From contig NZ_CP147990.1 of assembly GCF_037902255.1 (NCBI RefSeq), positions 674,751 through 738,750 of the forward strand: a stretch of DNA of 64,000 bases. Direction: 5' to 3'. Within the stretch, counting starts at the first letter, position 1; each line of letters begins with the position of its first letter. Shown here one piece after another: positions 51,147 to 61,309 of this stretch. This DNA is from Candidatus Electrothrix sp. GW3-4. GTDB lineage: Bacteria > Desulfobacterota > Desulfobulbia > Desulfobulbales > Desulfobulbaceae. Under the pieces are notes generated by a model, which was not told where the DNA came from, searched no databases, and saw only the letters and a list, made by a program, of their open reading frames with translations. Made by a program: the position numbers and the translations under genes.

Positions 51147-51283
51147 CCTCCACAGAGTTCAGCAGCTTAATAACTCCCGTCCCTCCCCCTTGGGGGAGGG
51201 GCAATAGTAGATGAAAGTTGAGTAGGACGACTCAAAGGAGTCGACCGGTACTTTCATATAAGCCTCTCTGCTGAAGAAAAGGA

Positions 51284-51598
51284 TCAGTCAATCTCGTAGG
51301 TGAATTGTTTTTTCTCCGTAAAGATGACATCACCTTTTCCGCCACTGATAAAGTAGGACAGTTTAACTTCGATCTCAACCTCTTCGGTATCGGTATCAAA
51401 GTGCATCAGGTGTTCTACCTTCTGGGTCTGGCTCGGGGGCAGGGTGAGGTCGATGATCTCTTTGATCTGCCAGGCTCCATAGCGCATATCCCGGTCCATA
51501 TCAACACCGATCTCGAACCAGGTCTTCTGCGCAGAGTAGAGGATTTGTTTTTCAGGGTCTTTTTCTTCCAGATTTCGTGCGGTCACATCCAGGACCAC
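51284..51598 (-). CDS. 104-aa ORF in the same frame as the upstream cytochrome gene. It is separated from it only by a single TGA.
   Basis: Frame arithmetic (52591-51598 is a multiple of 3). Starts at GTG 5 codons after the TGA. Confidence 0.35.
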   Translation of the reverse strand: MVLDVTARNLEEKDPEKQILYSAQKTWFEIGVDMDRDMRYGAWQIKEIIDLTLPPSQTQKVEHLMHFDTDTEEVEIEVKLSYFISGGKGDVIFTEKKQFTYEID

Positions 51599-51613
51599 TT
51601 TGCCTGACCACAG

Positions 51614-52591
51614 TCAGCCGTCCGGGATACGATGTCCCGCCTTGTTCTCAACAAAGGCGGTGACCACAGCGCTGGGGACCCAGGCCTTATCGTTTTTCAC
51701 GCCTTTGATTTTGCCGGGCAGGTGGCGATACTGAGCGAAATTGACCTTGAGGCCAAGCCCTTTTTTCACCATGTCCAGGTCATGACCACCGGGGAAGAGA
51801 TGGCTCTTCTTGCCGTTCTTGCCGCCCTTTTCCATATGGCAGTCCTGACAGGTTTCGGTGCCGCCGTTGTTGGCGTAGGCGTTCTGGAAGCTGCCGGAAA
51901 GGGTGTTGCATTGGATGGTCTCTCCGTCCGGTGCCTTGTATTTGCCGTGGCACTGCATACAGAAAACTGAACGGGTGATATCAACGGTCTCAATGGTCTC
52001 ATGGGCACCGCCGCTGTCAGCTCCTGTGGGACCGTAAATGGCGCCTTTCTTGGGGTCTCCGCGCAGACCACGGGCAACCGTGATCGCCTTTAGATTATGA
52101 CAGGAAACACAGCCGACACTCAGCTTGGATAGCTCTTCTTTCGCCTTCTTGCCAGCTGGTTTGTCTTTTTCCTTATGGGCCGTAATAACCTTCTCGGCTA
52201 TTTCTACGGCTAATTTTTCAGATGCATACTGGATTACCGGGGCGTGACAGTCATAACACTTCATCACCTCGGCCTTGGTTATCGGTTTATTCCACTCTTT
52301 GGGAAGACCGATGGCAAAGAAATTATGAATACCTTTTATAGCACCGGGAGAGACAACCGACTGGGCATGCCAGGACTGCTGCCACTCATCATGAATTTCG
52401 GTATGGCATTCACCGCATTTTTTCTCGCCCAGCATTTCGACGAGTTCGTCAATGGTGTTTGCCTCCTTGGTGACAATGGAGTGCGGGTTCTTGTCGGCTT
52501 TTTTGCTTTCTTTTGCCGCAAGAGGTTGAGTGAACAGCATGATACAGCCCAGTATCAAGCATGTTCGAAACAGCACGGTAACTGCTTTCAT
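51614..52591 (-). CDS. Periplasmic multiheme c-type cytochrome with five CxxCH motifs.
   Basis: Signal peptide. CGECH, CYDCH, CVSCH, CMQCH, CQDCH. Confidence 0.8.
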   Translation of the reverse strand: MKAVTVLFRTCLILGCIMLFTQPLAAKESKKADKNPHSIVTKEANTIDELVEMLGEKKCGECHTEIHDEWQQSWHAQSVVSPGAIKGIHNFFAIGLPKEWNKPITKAEVMKCYDCHAPVIQYASEKLAVEIAEKVITAHKEKDKPAGKKAKEELSKLSVGCVSCHNLKAITVARGLRGDPKKGAIYGPTGADSGGAHETIETVDITRSVFCMQCHGKYKAPDGETIQCNTLSGSFQNAYANNGGTETCQDCHMEKGGKNGKKSHLFPGGHDLDMVKKGLGLKVNFAQYRHLPGKIKGVKNDKAWVPSAVVTAFVENKAGHRIPDG

Positions 52592-53119
52592 ACGTGTTTT
52601 CCTCCGAATAAAGAAAAGTTTTTACCTCAATCCTGATGGTTTCGTAAAAAGTCCAAAATTGCGAAAAATCGTGTTGTAACTCGCTGAGTAGCCGTTAGCG
52701 AATTGCTGTTTTCTGACTTTTTAGCAGGCCATCAATCCTGCTTGATCATAGCGCGTTCAACACCACCTCCTTTTCTTCAGAGCATTTTTTCTCTTTTTGG
52801 GACGTTAGATTAAGCTGTTGGACGATAACGACTTAATCTGAGCCTTTGTTTAAAATATATATAATACATTGTGGTATGGTTGGATAGGAAGCAAAAAATG
52901 ATGGAAAAGAGAAAATGTTCGATGAATATTAATGGGCTTCGGGATGAGGTTGATTGATTTTAATATGAAATAAGCAGGTTATATGGTGAGTCTTGACGGG
53001 GAAAAGAGAGGGGCAGGTTGGTTCTTCTCCATGCCCTTGGTTCATCTCTGTTGATAATTTTTTGAGGACGTGGGGGCGACTATGATGGATGATATCCAGA
53101 AGCACGAAAAGAGGACCTT

Positions 53120-53962
53120 ATGATTTCAGTTATTATTCCGACCTGTAATCGGGCCGGATTTCTTGAACAGGCAATTGCTTCAGTGGTGGATCAGACTCTT
53201 GCCTGCGGAGAAATTCTGGTGGTCGATGACGGTTCCACTGATGCAACCTCAGAGGTCGTCAGGCAGATTAGTGAGGGCAGCAAGGTGCCGCCGATTCGTT
53301 ATCTCTATCAGGAGAATAAAGGGGCCTCAGCAGCACGGAATAAGGGGGTTGTGGAAGCCCGCTATGATCTCCTCTCTTTTCTGGACTCCGACGATCGTTG
53401 GGCCCCACAAAAGCTGGAGATGCAGCTGCAAGCGATGGAGCGGCAACCGCAATATCTTATCTCTCATACCCGGGAGATTTGGTATCGGCGAGGCGTGCGG
53501 GTAAACCAGAAAAAGAAACATGCGCCACCACATGGCGAGATATTCAAACGTGCTTTGCGGATGTGTGTGGTCGGGATGTCCACGGTCATGGCGCGGCGGG
53601 AGCTCTTTACCCGTTACGGCCTGTTTGACGAGGAGATGCTCTGCTGTGAAGATTATGATCTTTGGTTGCGAGTGAGCAGGAAGGCGGAGTTTCTTCTGGT
53701 TGATGAGGCCCTGACTCTGAAGGACGGTGGGCGACCGGATCAGCTCTCAGTCCTTCATCGTCTGGGAATGGATACCTGGCGTATCCGTTCTCTTTGCCAT
53801 CTGTTGGAGAATGCTCCATTGACTTCGGAGCAATATACCCAGGCCCTTGCAGAACTGGAGAGGAAATGCAGGATTTACGGGAAAGGATGCATAAAGCATG
53901 GCAGGGTGGAGGAGGGGCGACGCTACCTTGCTTTGCCGGGGCAGTTCCGGTTTGAAGGGTAA
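53120..53962 (+). CDS. Family 2 glycosyltransferase (GT-A fold).
   Basis: ISVIIPTCNRAGFL…VVDDGSTD…ARNKG…LDSDD (DxD) motifs. Confidence 0.8.
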   Translation: MISVIIPTCNRAGFLEQAIASVVDQTLACGEILVVDDGSTDATSEVVRQISEGSKVPPIRYLYQENKGASAARNKGVVEARYDLLSFLDSDDRWAPQKLEMQLQAMERQPQYLISHTREIWYRRGVRVNQKKKHAPPHGEIFKRALRMCVVGMSTVMARRELFTRYGLFDEEMLCCEDYDLWLRVSRKAEFLLVDEALTLKDGGRPDQLSVLHRLGMDTWRIRSLCHLLENAPLTSEQYTQALAELERKCRIYGKGCIKHGRVEEGRRYLALPGQFRFEG

Positions 53963-54116
53963 TTTTTTAATATGAATAGTTTTTGCAATATTAAGCCCTG
54001 GGGTGAGTTTATCTGCTGTTTGGCCTTGATTAATATATTGAATTTGAGTAGTGTATTTTATACTCTAGTGTAATAAATTGTACCTTTTGTTCTGTTGACC
54101 ACGGGGTGGTGGTAAA

Positions 54117-54746
54117 ATGGCTATAATATCAAAAAGTCTCCTTTTATTCCTGTTTCAAGGGACCTTGTATTGGATCTGCTGGCAACCAGAAGAGATGGAG
54201 CCTTATCTTGCTTTTTTCGTATTGTTTTTTGTCCTTTTTTTCGTTTATGCAGGAAGTTGTGGGGCTATGCCGGATTTACGGATTACCTCTCTTCGGTTAA
54301 AAAAAATGGAACCAGGCAGGATGCCAGCTGTCTGCTATGAGATTGAAAATATCGGTGATGGCGAAGCAAGAAATGTGCAGATTGAAACGCGGATTACTGT
54401 AATTAAGAAAAAAAAAGCGGGTGAGATGTTTTCTCTTCTGATCCCTTCCCAGGCCCCCAAGGCATTTTTGTCCCACGGCAAAACCATGCATAAGAATTTT
54501 TCTTTTATGAAAAGGTTCGCTGCTGATGAGATGAATAAGGTTGAGAAGGGAGAACTGATCCTCTCTGCCTCTTCAATTATTCGGTATAAGGATGAACGAC
54601 GAAAAGTGCATAGGGAGTTGAGGGTATGGAGTGTTTATAATCCCAAAACGCAATGTTTTGAAAAGACCTTTGGATTGTGGGGTGGTGAAGACGGGCTAGA
54701 CATAGGGGTGAATCAACCCGTTTCGAGCAATTATGTGAGTTGTTAG
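54117..54746 (+). CDS. Membrane-anchored protein with a CARDB-like beta-sandwich domain.
   Basis: N-terminal TM segments, then PDLRITSLRLKKMEPGRMPAVCYEIENIGDGEARNVQIE. Confidence 0.45.
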   Translation: MAIISKSLLLFLFQGTLYWICWQPEEMEPYLAFFVLFFVLFFVYAGSCGAMPDLRITSLRLKKMEPGRMPAVCYEIENIGDGEARNVQIETRITVIKKKKAGEMFSLLIPSQAPKAFLSHGKTMHKNFSFMKRFAADEMNKVEKGELILSASSIIRYKDERRKVHRELRVWSVYNPKTQCFEKTFGLWGGEDGLDIGVNQPVSSNYVSC

Positions 54747-55108
54747 TCTGCTTATATTTCTTGGGCTCCTCCTCGGTGTTTTTTTAAGAGAGGTTATTTT
54801 TCAGGAAGTGAGTGCGTGGGGAAATTGCTGATGCAGGAGAGGGGGGCTACCTCTTTTTTATGCTTATTTATACGCACAGGAGGCGTAAGGTATATAGCCT
54901 TTTGCGGTAAAAAAAGGTATACTGTTTTGCTTTCTACTGGCGAAAAATCAAGGATAAGGTGAAGTTTGCTGCCTGTTAGAGAGAAAAGAAAATCTTGGTG
55001 TGGGATTGATGTTTCGGCAGGAAAGAGGCGTGCTTGAATGCGCAGTAAGCAGTAGAGTTGCGGGCTCTGGAGTTTCGCAATAATTTTTTTTCAGGAGAAG
55101 AGAGATAC

Positions 55109-57520
55109 GTGAGCGAGCAGGAAAAGACGTCCTACGGGGCGGAACAGATAAAGGTCCTTGACGGGCTGGAGGCCGTGCGCAAGCGTCCGGCTATGTACAT
55201 CGGCAATACTGCCGAAGAAGGACTGCACCATCTGATTTACGAGGTGGTGGATAACTCCATTGATGAGGCCTTGGCGGGCCATTGTGATCGGATCCGGGTG
55301 GTGATCCGTGAGGATGGCGGTGTCTCGGTTGAGGATAACGGACGTGGTATTCCGGTGGAGAAGCATCCGACGGAAGACATGACTGCCTTGGAACTGGTTA
55401 TGACGACCCTGCACGCCGGAGGTAAGTTCGATCACTCTTCCTACAAGGTATCTGGTGGGCTGCATGGGGTTGGTGTTTCGGTGGTTAACGCCCTGAGCAC
55501 GGCAGTCACTGCCGAGATCAAACGGAACGGAAAGGTCTACCGTCAGTCCTATGAGTACGGCGATAAAACCAGTGATATGGAGATCATCGGGACCAGCGAT
55601 CATACCGGAACAACTATCACCTTTAAGCCGGACCCCTCAATCTTCAGGGAAACTACCATCTTTAAGTACGATACGGTGCGTAACCGGCTGCGTGAGCTTG
55701 CCTTCCTCAATCGAGGCATCAGGATTTCTCTTAAGGATGAGCGCAGCGGGGCGGAAGACGAGTTCCATTTTGAAGGCGGGATTGTTGAGTATGTGGAATA
55801 CCTGAACCGTAAACGTACTTCGATTCATCCTGACCCTATTTTTATTGAAGGGGAAAAGGATCAGGTGCAGGTGGAGATCTCCCTCCAGTATTTTGATGGC
55901 TATTCTGAGCGCCTATCCTCCTTTGTTAATAATATCAATACCCGTGAGGGTGGGTCTCATGTAGCTGGTTTTCGGGCTGCATTGACCAAATGTATCAATA
56001 AATACGCCACAGATGATATTGTTCCGAAAAAAATGAAGGCCAAGATGGGCGGTGATGATGTCCGTGAAGGCCTGACTGCTATTGTCTCGGTTCGGGTGCC
56101 TAACCCCCAGTTTGAGGGACAGACCAAGACCAAGTTGGGAAATGCTGAGGTTAAATCCATTGTCTCTACCATCTGTCATGAGAAACTCAGCGCCTATTTG
56201 GAAGAGAATCCCCAGATTGCCAAGTTGATTCTGAGCAAGGCCGTTGATGCGGCCCGGGCCAGAGAGGCGGCAAAAAGGGCTCGGGATCTGTCCCGTAAAA
56301 AGGGTGGCACCTCGGTGATGATGGCGGGCAAACTGGCTGAGTGCCAGTCCAAGAAGCCGGAAGAGCGGGAGTTGTTTATCGTGGAGGGTGATTCTGCGGG
56401 TGGTTCTGCAAAACAAGGCAGAGATCGTTCTGTCCAGGCTATTCTGCCCCTGCGCGGTAAGATTATGAACGTGGAAAAGGCTCGTTTTGATAAGATCCTT
56501 GATTCCGAGGAGATCAAACAGCTGATCGCTTCCTTAGGGACCGGTATTGGTCGGGAAGAGTTTGACCAGGAGAAACTCCGCTACCATAAAATCATCATTA
56601 TGACGGATGCTGATGTGGATGGAGCGCATATCAGGACCTTGCTCCTTACTTTTTTCTACCGCCAGATGTTACCCTTGGTGGAAAACGGTTATGTCTATAT
56701 CGGTCAGCCACCCTTGTACCGGTTAGGACGGGGGAAAAAGGAACAGTATTTTATTGATGACGATGCCCTGAATAACTACCTTTATGACCAGGCCGCTCAA
56801 TTCATCCGGGTTCGTCGGGAGGACGGTGCAGAGATTGAGGGGCAGGCTATGGTCAACATGCTCAAGAAGTTGACTTTTTTTGGACGGGTTAACAGCTTTC
56901 TGGAACGGATGAATATTCAGGAAAGGTTGGCCTTCTTTCTTCTGGAAAACGACGTGCATTCCGCAGATCAGTTCCAAGATAAGGCCTTCCTGGAAGGATT
57001 GCTGGAAAAACTGGCTACCTTGGATTCGGTTGCCAGCAATATCCGCGTTTGCCGCTGGCGCCCGAGCTGTTACGAGGTAGATGTTTCCTTTCGTGGTCAA
57101 GCTCATACCCGGACTACTATGGGACCCAATATTCCGCTCATCCCGGAATATCGGCACGCCCTCGACCTGTACCCTGAAATTCGAGACTATGCCTCCGGTA
57201 CTTTTACGATTATCAAGACCTCGAGTTCAGGGCAGGAAAAGGAATTTTTGGCAGAGGACTGGCATGGATTGATTCGCTTGGTGCGTGAGGAAACTTTTAA
57301 GGGCAGTCATCTGCAACGCTATAAAGGTCTTGGTGAAATGAATCCGGAACAGCTGTGGGATACCACCATGAATCCGGAAAATCGCACGCTCCTTCAGGTA
57401 AAGATTGAGGATGCTGAGGCAGCTGATGATCTTTTTGTTACCCTGATGGGGGATAAGGTCGAGCCGAGACGTGAGTTTATCCAGAACCATGCGTTAGAAG
57501 TTGCCGAGCTGGATGTGTGA
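55109..57520 (+). CDS. gyrB: DNA gyrase subunit B.
   Basis: GHKL ATPase (LHHLIYEVVDNSIDEA, EDNGRGIP), TOPRIM EGDSAGGSA, C-terminal GyrB tail. Start at GTG 55109 after AGGAG. The longer ORF from 55058 is possible. Confidence 0.9.
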   Translation: MSEQEKTSYGAEQIKVLDGLEAVRKRPAMYIGNTAEEGLHHLIYEVVDNSIDEALAGHCDRIRVVIREDGGVSVEDNGRGIPVEKHPTEDMTALELVMTTLHAGGKFDHSSYKVSGGLHGVGVSVVNALSTAVTAEIKRNGKVYRQSYEYGDKTSDMEIIGTSDHTGTTITFKPDPSIFRETTIFKYDTVRNRLRELAFLNRGIRISLKDERSGAEDEFHFEGGIVEYVEYLNRKRTSIHPDPIFIEGEKDQVQVEISLQYFDGYSERLSSFVNNINTREGGSHVAGFRAALTKCINKYATDDIVPKKMKAKMGGDDVREGLTAIVSVRVPNPQFEGQTKTKLGNAEVKSIVSTICHEKLSAYLEENPQIAKLILSKAVDAARAREAAKRARDLSRKKGGTSVMMAGKLAECQSKKPEERELFIVEGDSAGGSAKQGRDRSVQAILPLRGKIMNVEKARFDKILDSEEIKQLIASLGTGIGREEFDQEKLRYHKIIIMTDADVDGAHIRTLLLTFFYRQMLPLVENGYVYIGQPPLYRLGRGKKEQYFIDDDALNNYLYDQAAQFIRVRREDGAEIEGQAMVNMLKKLTFFGRVNSFLERMNIQERLAFFLLENDVHSADQFQDKAFLEGLLEKLATLDSVASNIRVCRWRPSCYEVDVSFRGQAHTRTTMGPNIPLIPEYRHALDLYPEIRDYASGTFTIIKTSSSGQEKEFLAEDWHGLIRLVREETFKGSHLQRYKGLGEMNPEQLWDTTMNPENRTLLQVKIEDAEAADDLFVTLMGDKVEPRREFIQNHALEVAELDV

Positions 57521-57791
57521 AGAGGTAAGAGGGCAACGCCTCGTGTATCTCTTGTGTTGTCCTTGTTTTAAAACTCTGGGTGTTGTTCAATTTTTATTTT
57601 TTTCTACCTTTATTTTAAGTTGTTATAGAGGGGGTTGTCTTCTGTATCTCTAACTATCAATAAAATTTAATGGTATGTGTGTTTATTATGCATGAGCAAA
57701 GAACAAAACAGGATCGCATTAATGAGTTGAGAAACAAAATCTACTATGCTGAATCTGCACGAGATGCCTACAGAGAAATAAATTTAAATCT

Positions 57792-60095
57792 TTATGAAAC
57801 GAATTCTGTGTATGCAGAGGCCTTGAAACGCGAGTTGAGAGATTTGGAAGAATCATAAGTACGTCGATTGGATAAAAAGGGGCCGTCTTCTCCAGCGGCC
57901 CTGTCCCACCTCTTTATTTCCTTCTTTTTACCTGGCTGCTCGGGTTTGCCCCTCCTAACAGTTTGAAGGACAACACATCCCATAGCAACTACCTTGAGTT
58001 GGTCTCCTATCGCGACGCAAGGGGCTTTGTCAGGAGCAAGAATATCTGCTGGAGGCTCTTGCCGGGTATCAATGATCTTTTTCCAGACGCAGAGGCCCGT
58101 TTCAGCATCAGGCTCTGGAACGGTAAACAGCGCCTCCTCTCCAGGATGGCCGTTGAGCATAATAAAGAAGTTCGGATCGTCCTTATCTTCAATTGTACAG
58201 CCTTTGAGAAGAAAAGAGAGGGTGTGGATATGCTCGGACCAATCTTCTGTGCCTGGTTCCAGGGCCTGCCAGAGGATTGTTTGGCCAACAGGTGGCATAT
58301 CAGGCCTGTTGACCTCAAAGAAGTCCACCCGGCGGAAGATGGCATGTTGCTGGCGGAGCTGGATGAGTTTTCTGAAAAAACGGACCTGTCCTTTATTTTT
58401 TTCCACAAGATCCCAGTTAAGCCAGCTGATTGCATTATCCTGACACCAGGCATTATTGTTTCCCAGCTGGGTCTGGCCAAATTCATCCCCAGCCACCAGC
58501 ATGGGAACCCCTTGAGAAAGGAAGAGGATAACGGCCATTGTCTTAATGCGGCGTCGACGGAGAGTAAGGACTGCTGGTTTATTGGTTGGTCCTGGGGCTC
58601 CTGAATCCCAGCTCAGGTTATTATTATCCCCGTCCCGGTTCTTTTCACCGTTGGCCAGGTTCTGTTTTTCATTGTAACTGACGAGATCCGCCAAGGTAAA
58701 TCCGTCGTGGCTGGTAATGAAGTTGATGGAGTTACAGGGTCTACGGCCATTATGCTGATAGAGATCCGAGCTGCCTGCAATCCGGGTCGCCAAGGCCGAA
58801 ACCATGCCCGGATCCCCCTTCATGAACATCCGTACATCATCCCGGAACTTGCCATTCCACTCCGCCCAGCGGTGATGGGAGGAAAAATGGCCGACCTGAT
58901 ACAGGCCAGCCGCATCCCATGCCTCAGCAATGATCTTTGTGCTTGCCAAGATAGGGTCTTCGGCAATCATCTCTACGACCGGTGGATTGCTGAGAACATT
59001 GCCGTCCTGATCGCGTCCGAGGATTGAGGCAAGATCAAAACGGAAGCCATCCACATGCATCTCTATGACCCACCAGTGCAGGGCATCCATGATCAGGTTG
59101 CGGACTATAGGATGATTGCAGTTGCAGGTATTGCCGCAGCCAGAAAAATTGAGATACTCTCTGGTCTTTGGATCAAGCAGGTAATAGATCGGGTTGTCAA
59201 TGCCGCGAAAAGAGGTGGTCGGCCCGTCCCAACCTCCCTCGGAGGTGTGGTTGAAGACGATATCAAGGATAACCTCAATACCGGCTCGATGCAGGGTCTT
59301 GACCATGTCACGAAATTCCCACAAAGGGTGAGCACTGTCTGAAGAGTAGGAGGCCTTGGGCGCAAAAAAGGAGAGCGGGTTGTATCCCCAGAAGTTGCGG
59401 AGCTTTTCGTCGGTTTTCGGATTACGAAATTGGCATTCCGTTTCATCGAATTCTGTAACCGGCATGAGTTCTACCGCAGTGATCCCCAGCGCCTTCAGGT
59501 AATCGATTTTTTCGCAGATCCCTTTAAAGGTGCCTGGAAAACTGCAGCCCGATGAAGGGTGCTGGGTAAAACCGCGTACGTGCATCTCATAGATGATTGT
59601 ATCCTGTAAGGGGATGTTGAGTGGGCGGTCTCCTTCCCAGTCATAGTTGTCAAGAGGGGGGATCAGGCCGCAGGTTTGGTGATTGATGCAGGAGCGATCT
59701 TCACTCCAGCGTGGAGAACGTATCTCTTTGGCATAAGGGTCAAGTATAATCAGGCTATCATCAAAGGCCAGACCACTGGTCCGGGGCTCCATAGGGCCTG
59801 AAATCCTGTACCCGTAACGCAGATAGGTAGGAAGACCGCTGATTTGAATATGCCATATATCACCGGTTTTGTTAGTTTTTGGATCCAGGGGGATTTCAAG
59901 GCGGGAGGATTCGCAGGCATCCTTTACACCCAGGACTAAGGTGATTTTCTCTGCATGGCGGGAAAAAAGAGCGAAATTGATACCTACCGGTGTGACGGTT
60001 ACTCCGAGTGGCTGTGGTGAACCGGAAAATGTAGGGAAATTGATTTTCATGTTGACTTGGGAATTATTCCTATTGTATCCTTTTGTGTAGGACAA
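57792..60095 (-). CDS. glgX: Glycogen debranching enzyme GlgX (isoamylase, GH13).
   Basis: VILDIVFNHTSEG, GFRFDLASIL, and the N-terminal CBM48-like region. The true start may be the internal ATG at 60050 (MKINFPTF…). Confidence 0.85.
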   Translation of the reverse strand: MSYTKGYNRNNSQVNMKINFPTFSGSPQPLGVTVTPVGINFALFSRHAEKITLVLGVKDACESSRLEIPLDPKTNKTGDIWHIQISGLPTYLRYGYRISGPMEPRTSGLAFDDSLIILDPYAKEIRSPRWSEDRSCINHQTCGLIPPLDNYDWEGDRPLNIPLQDTIIYEMHVRGFTQHPSSGCSFPGTFKGICEKIDYLKALGITAVELMPVTEFDETECQFRNPKTDEKLRNFWGYNPLSFFAPKASYSSDSAHPLWEFRDMVKTLHRAGIEVILDIVFNHTSEGGWDGPTTSFRGIDNPIYYLLDPKTREYLNFSGCGNTCNCNHPIVRNLIMDALHWWVIEMHVDGFRFDLASILGRDQDGNVLSNPPVVEMIAEDPILASTKIIAEAWDAAGLYQVGHFSSHHRWAEWNGKFRDDVRMFMKGDPGMVSALATRIAGSSDLYQHNGRRPCNSINFITSHDGFTLADLVSYNEKQNLANGEKNRDGDNNNLSWDSGAPGPTNKPAVLTLRRRRIKTMAVILFLSQGVPMLVAGDEFGQTQLGNNNAWCQDNAISWLNWDLVEKNKGQVRFFRKLIQLRQQHAIFRRVDFFEVNRPDMPPVGQTILWQALEPGTEDWSEHIHTLSFLLKGCTIEDKDDPNFFIMLNGHPGEEALFTVPEPDAETGLCVWKKIIDTRQEPPADILAPDKAPCVAIGDQLKVVAMGCVVLQTVRRGKPEQPGKKKEIKRWDRAAGEDGPFLSNRRTYDSSKSLNSRFKASAYTEFVS

Positions 60096-60275
60096 GGAGC
60101 TGAGTAATTTGTTCGGGTTGTAGAGCGTTAGGGCCGTTACCTTATTCCTGCGCTCTTTCCCCTGTGAACCAGTGCTTTTTTGCCCCCCACACTTGTTGTG
60201 TGGAGTCGTTTATTTTAACCGTAGTAATATTATACTCTACTTTGAGAAATTTCTAAAAAATAATGGAGGCGCTCT

Positions 60276-61220
60276 ATGGGGCTTTTCAATGCATTGAATC
60301 TGAACGGTAATCCGACAACCGTAGACTGGGAAATGACCCCGGAATACAGCTTCGGTACCTTTGAGAGTTGGGGTGGTCGGGAGAGAGTTCGCAGTAGCAA
60401 TGAGCGGATCTATTATTTTTTTGTCGACGCCTGGGGAGAGCAGCCTAAGCTCTGTTTAATGGAGCGCGGTATTAAACATGCCAGGATCGTCGCGGAAATC
60501 AAGGCCCCGCCTGAAATGATGCAACGCTGTGTGCAGAAACAAGGGAAGGTGGCCCTTTTTGAGCGGACTCATGCCATTAACGGAGAACTCAAACAGTGGT
60601 TGATTGATAATATAATGGACACTGATGATACCTCACGGGTTATTCCTCTGAAGGAGGAAGATCAGCGGGACCATCTGGGGGCCACAGGTCTTCCTGGGAG
60701 TGAGGAGCCGCTCCCTGAGAATCTTCCGGCGCATATTAGCTTGCCTTCCACAACCCTTGAGTTTGTCGAGGAAGAGGCGGACAAGATGATCAAAGAGTAT
60801 AATTTCACTGATCAGAAGCGTAACCCCGATGGTCTGTTCAAGAATTATTTAGTAGATAACGGTGATGGCTTAACAGTGACCGATGTGGTCACTGGCCTGA
60901 TGTGGCAACGGGCTGGACTGGATATCATGAGCCACCGTATGCTCCGTAAAGAGATAGAGGCCATCAATAATAAGGGCCTTGCTGGTCATAACGACTGGAG
61001 AATGCCGACCCTGCCAGAGGCCATGTCTCTTTTGGACAACGAGTTGAACAGTAAAAAACTCTACCTCCATCCTGCATTTTCTGCTGATCAGCCCTTTATT
61101 ATGGTGGATACTGAACGGAGACCAGGGGGGCAGTGGTTTGTTGATTACAAACAGGGCAGTGCCTATTGGGCATCAGCAACTATCCCCGGAGGGTTTGGGC
61201 GACTTTGTCGTAACGTTTAA
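60276..61220 (+). CDS. DUF1566 (Lcl C-terminal-like) domain protein.
   Basis: TGLMWQRAG and HNDWRMPTLPEAMSL motifs characteristic of DUF1566. Confidence 0.55.
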   Translation: MGLFNALNLNGNPTTVDWEMTPEYSFGTFESWGGRERVRSSNERIYYFFVDAWGEQPKLCLMERGIKHARIVAEIKAPPEMMQRCVQKQGKVALFERTHAINGELKQWLIDNIMDTDDTSRVIPLKEEDQRDHLGATGLPGSEEPLPENLPAHISLPSTTLEFVEEEADKMIKEYNFTDQKRNPDGLFKNYLVDNGDGLTVTDVVTGLMWQRAGLDIMSHRMLRKEIEAINNKGLAGHNDWRMPTLPEAMSLLDNELNSKKLYLHPAFSADQPFIMVDTERRPGGQWFVDYKQGSAYWASATIPGGFGRLCRNV

Positions 61221-61246
61221 GTGAAAAAAAACAGTGCATGAAAAAA

Positions 61247-61278
61247 CCGCTTATGTCTATTGATATAAGCGGTTTTTT
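61247..61278. terminator. Bidirectional rho-independent terminator (CCGCTTATGTCTATTGATATAAGCGG flanked by A6/T6) between convergent genes.
   Basis: 8-bp perfect stem with an A-run upstream and a T-run downstream. Confidence 0.7.
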
Positions 61279-61309
61279 GGTGCCAAAGGGCCGTCTCAGA
61301 TGAATTGTA

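Noticed and set aside
51590-51620. Selenocysteine at the in-frame TGA of the cytochrome.
   Set aside because: There is no redox Cys partner motif around the codon and no convincing bacterial SECIS hairpin immediately downstream. I retained it only as a low-probability alternative in the finding.
55058-57520. gyrB lacking dnaA-dnaN-recF/gyrA neighbours and dnaG lacking rpsU upstream, as possible rearrangements.
   Set aside because: Gene order around gyrB and dnaG varies widely among Deltaproteobacteria. Without comparative data this is not informative.
57670-57858. 62-aa plus-strand ORF after gyrB.
   Set aside because: It overlaps the 3' end of glgX on the opposite strand by ~65 bp and has a weak start context. 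Likely spurious.
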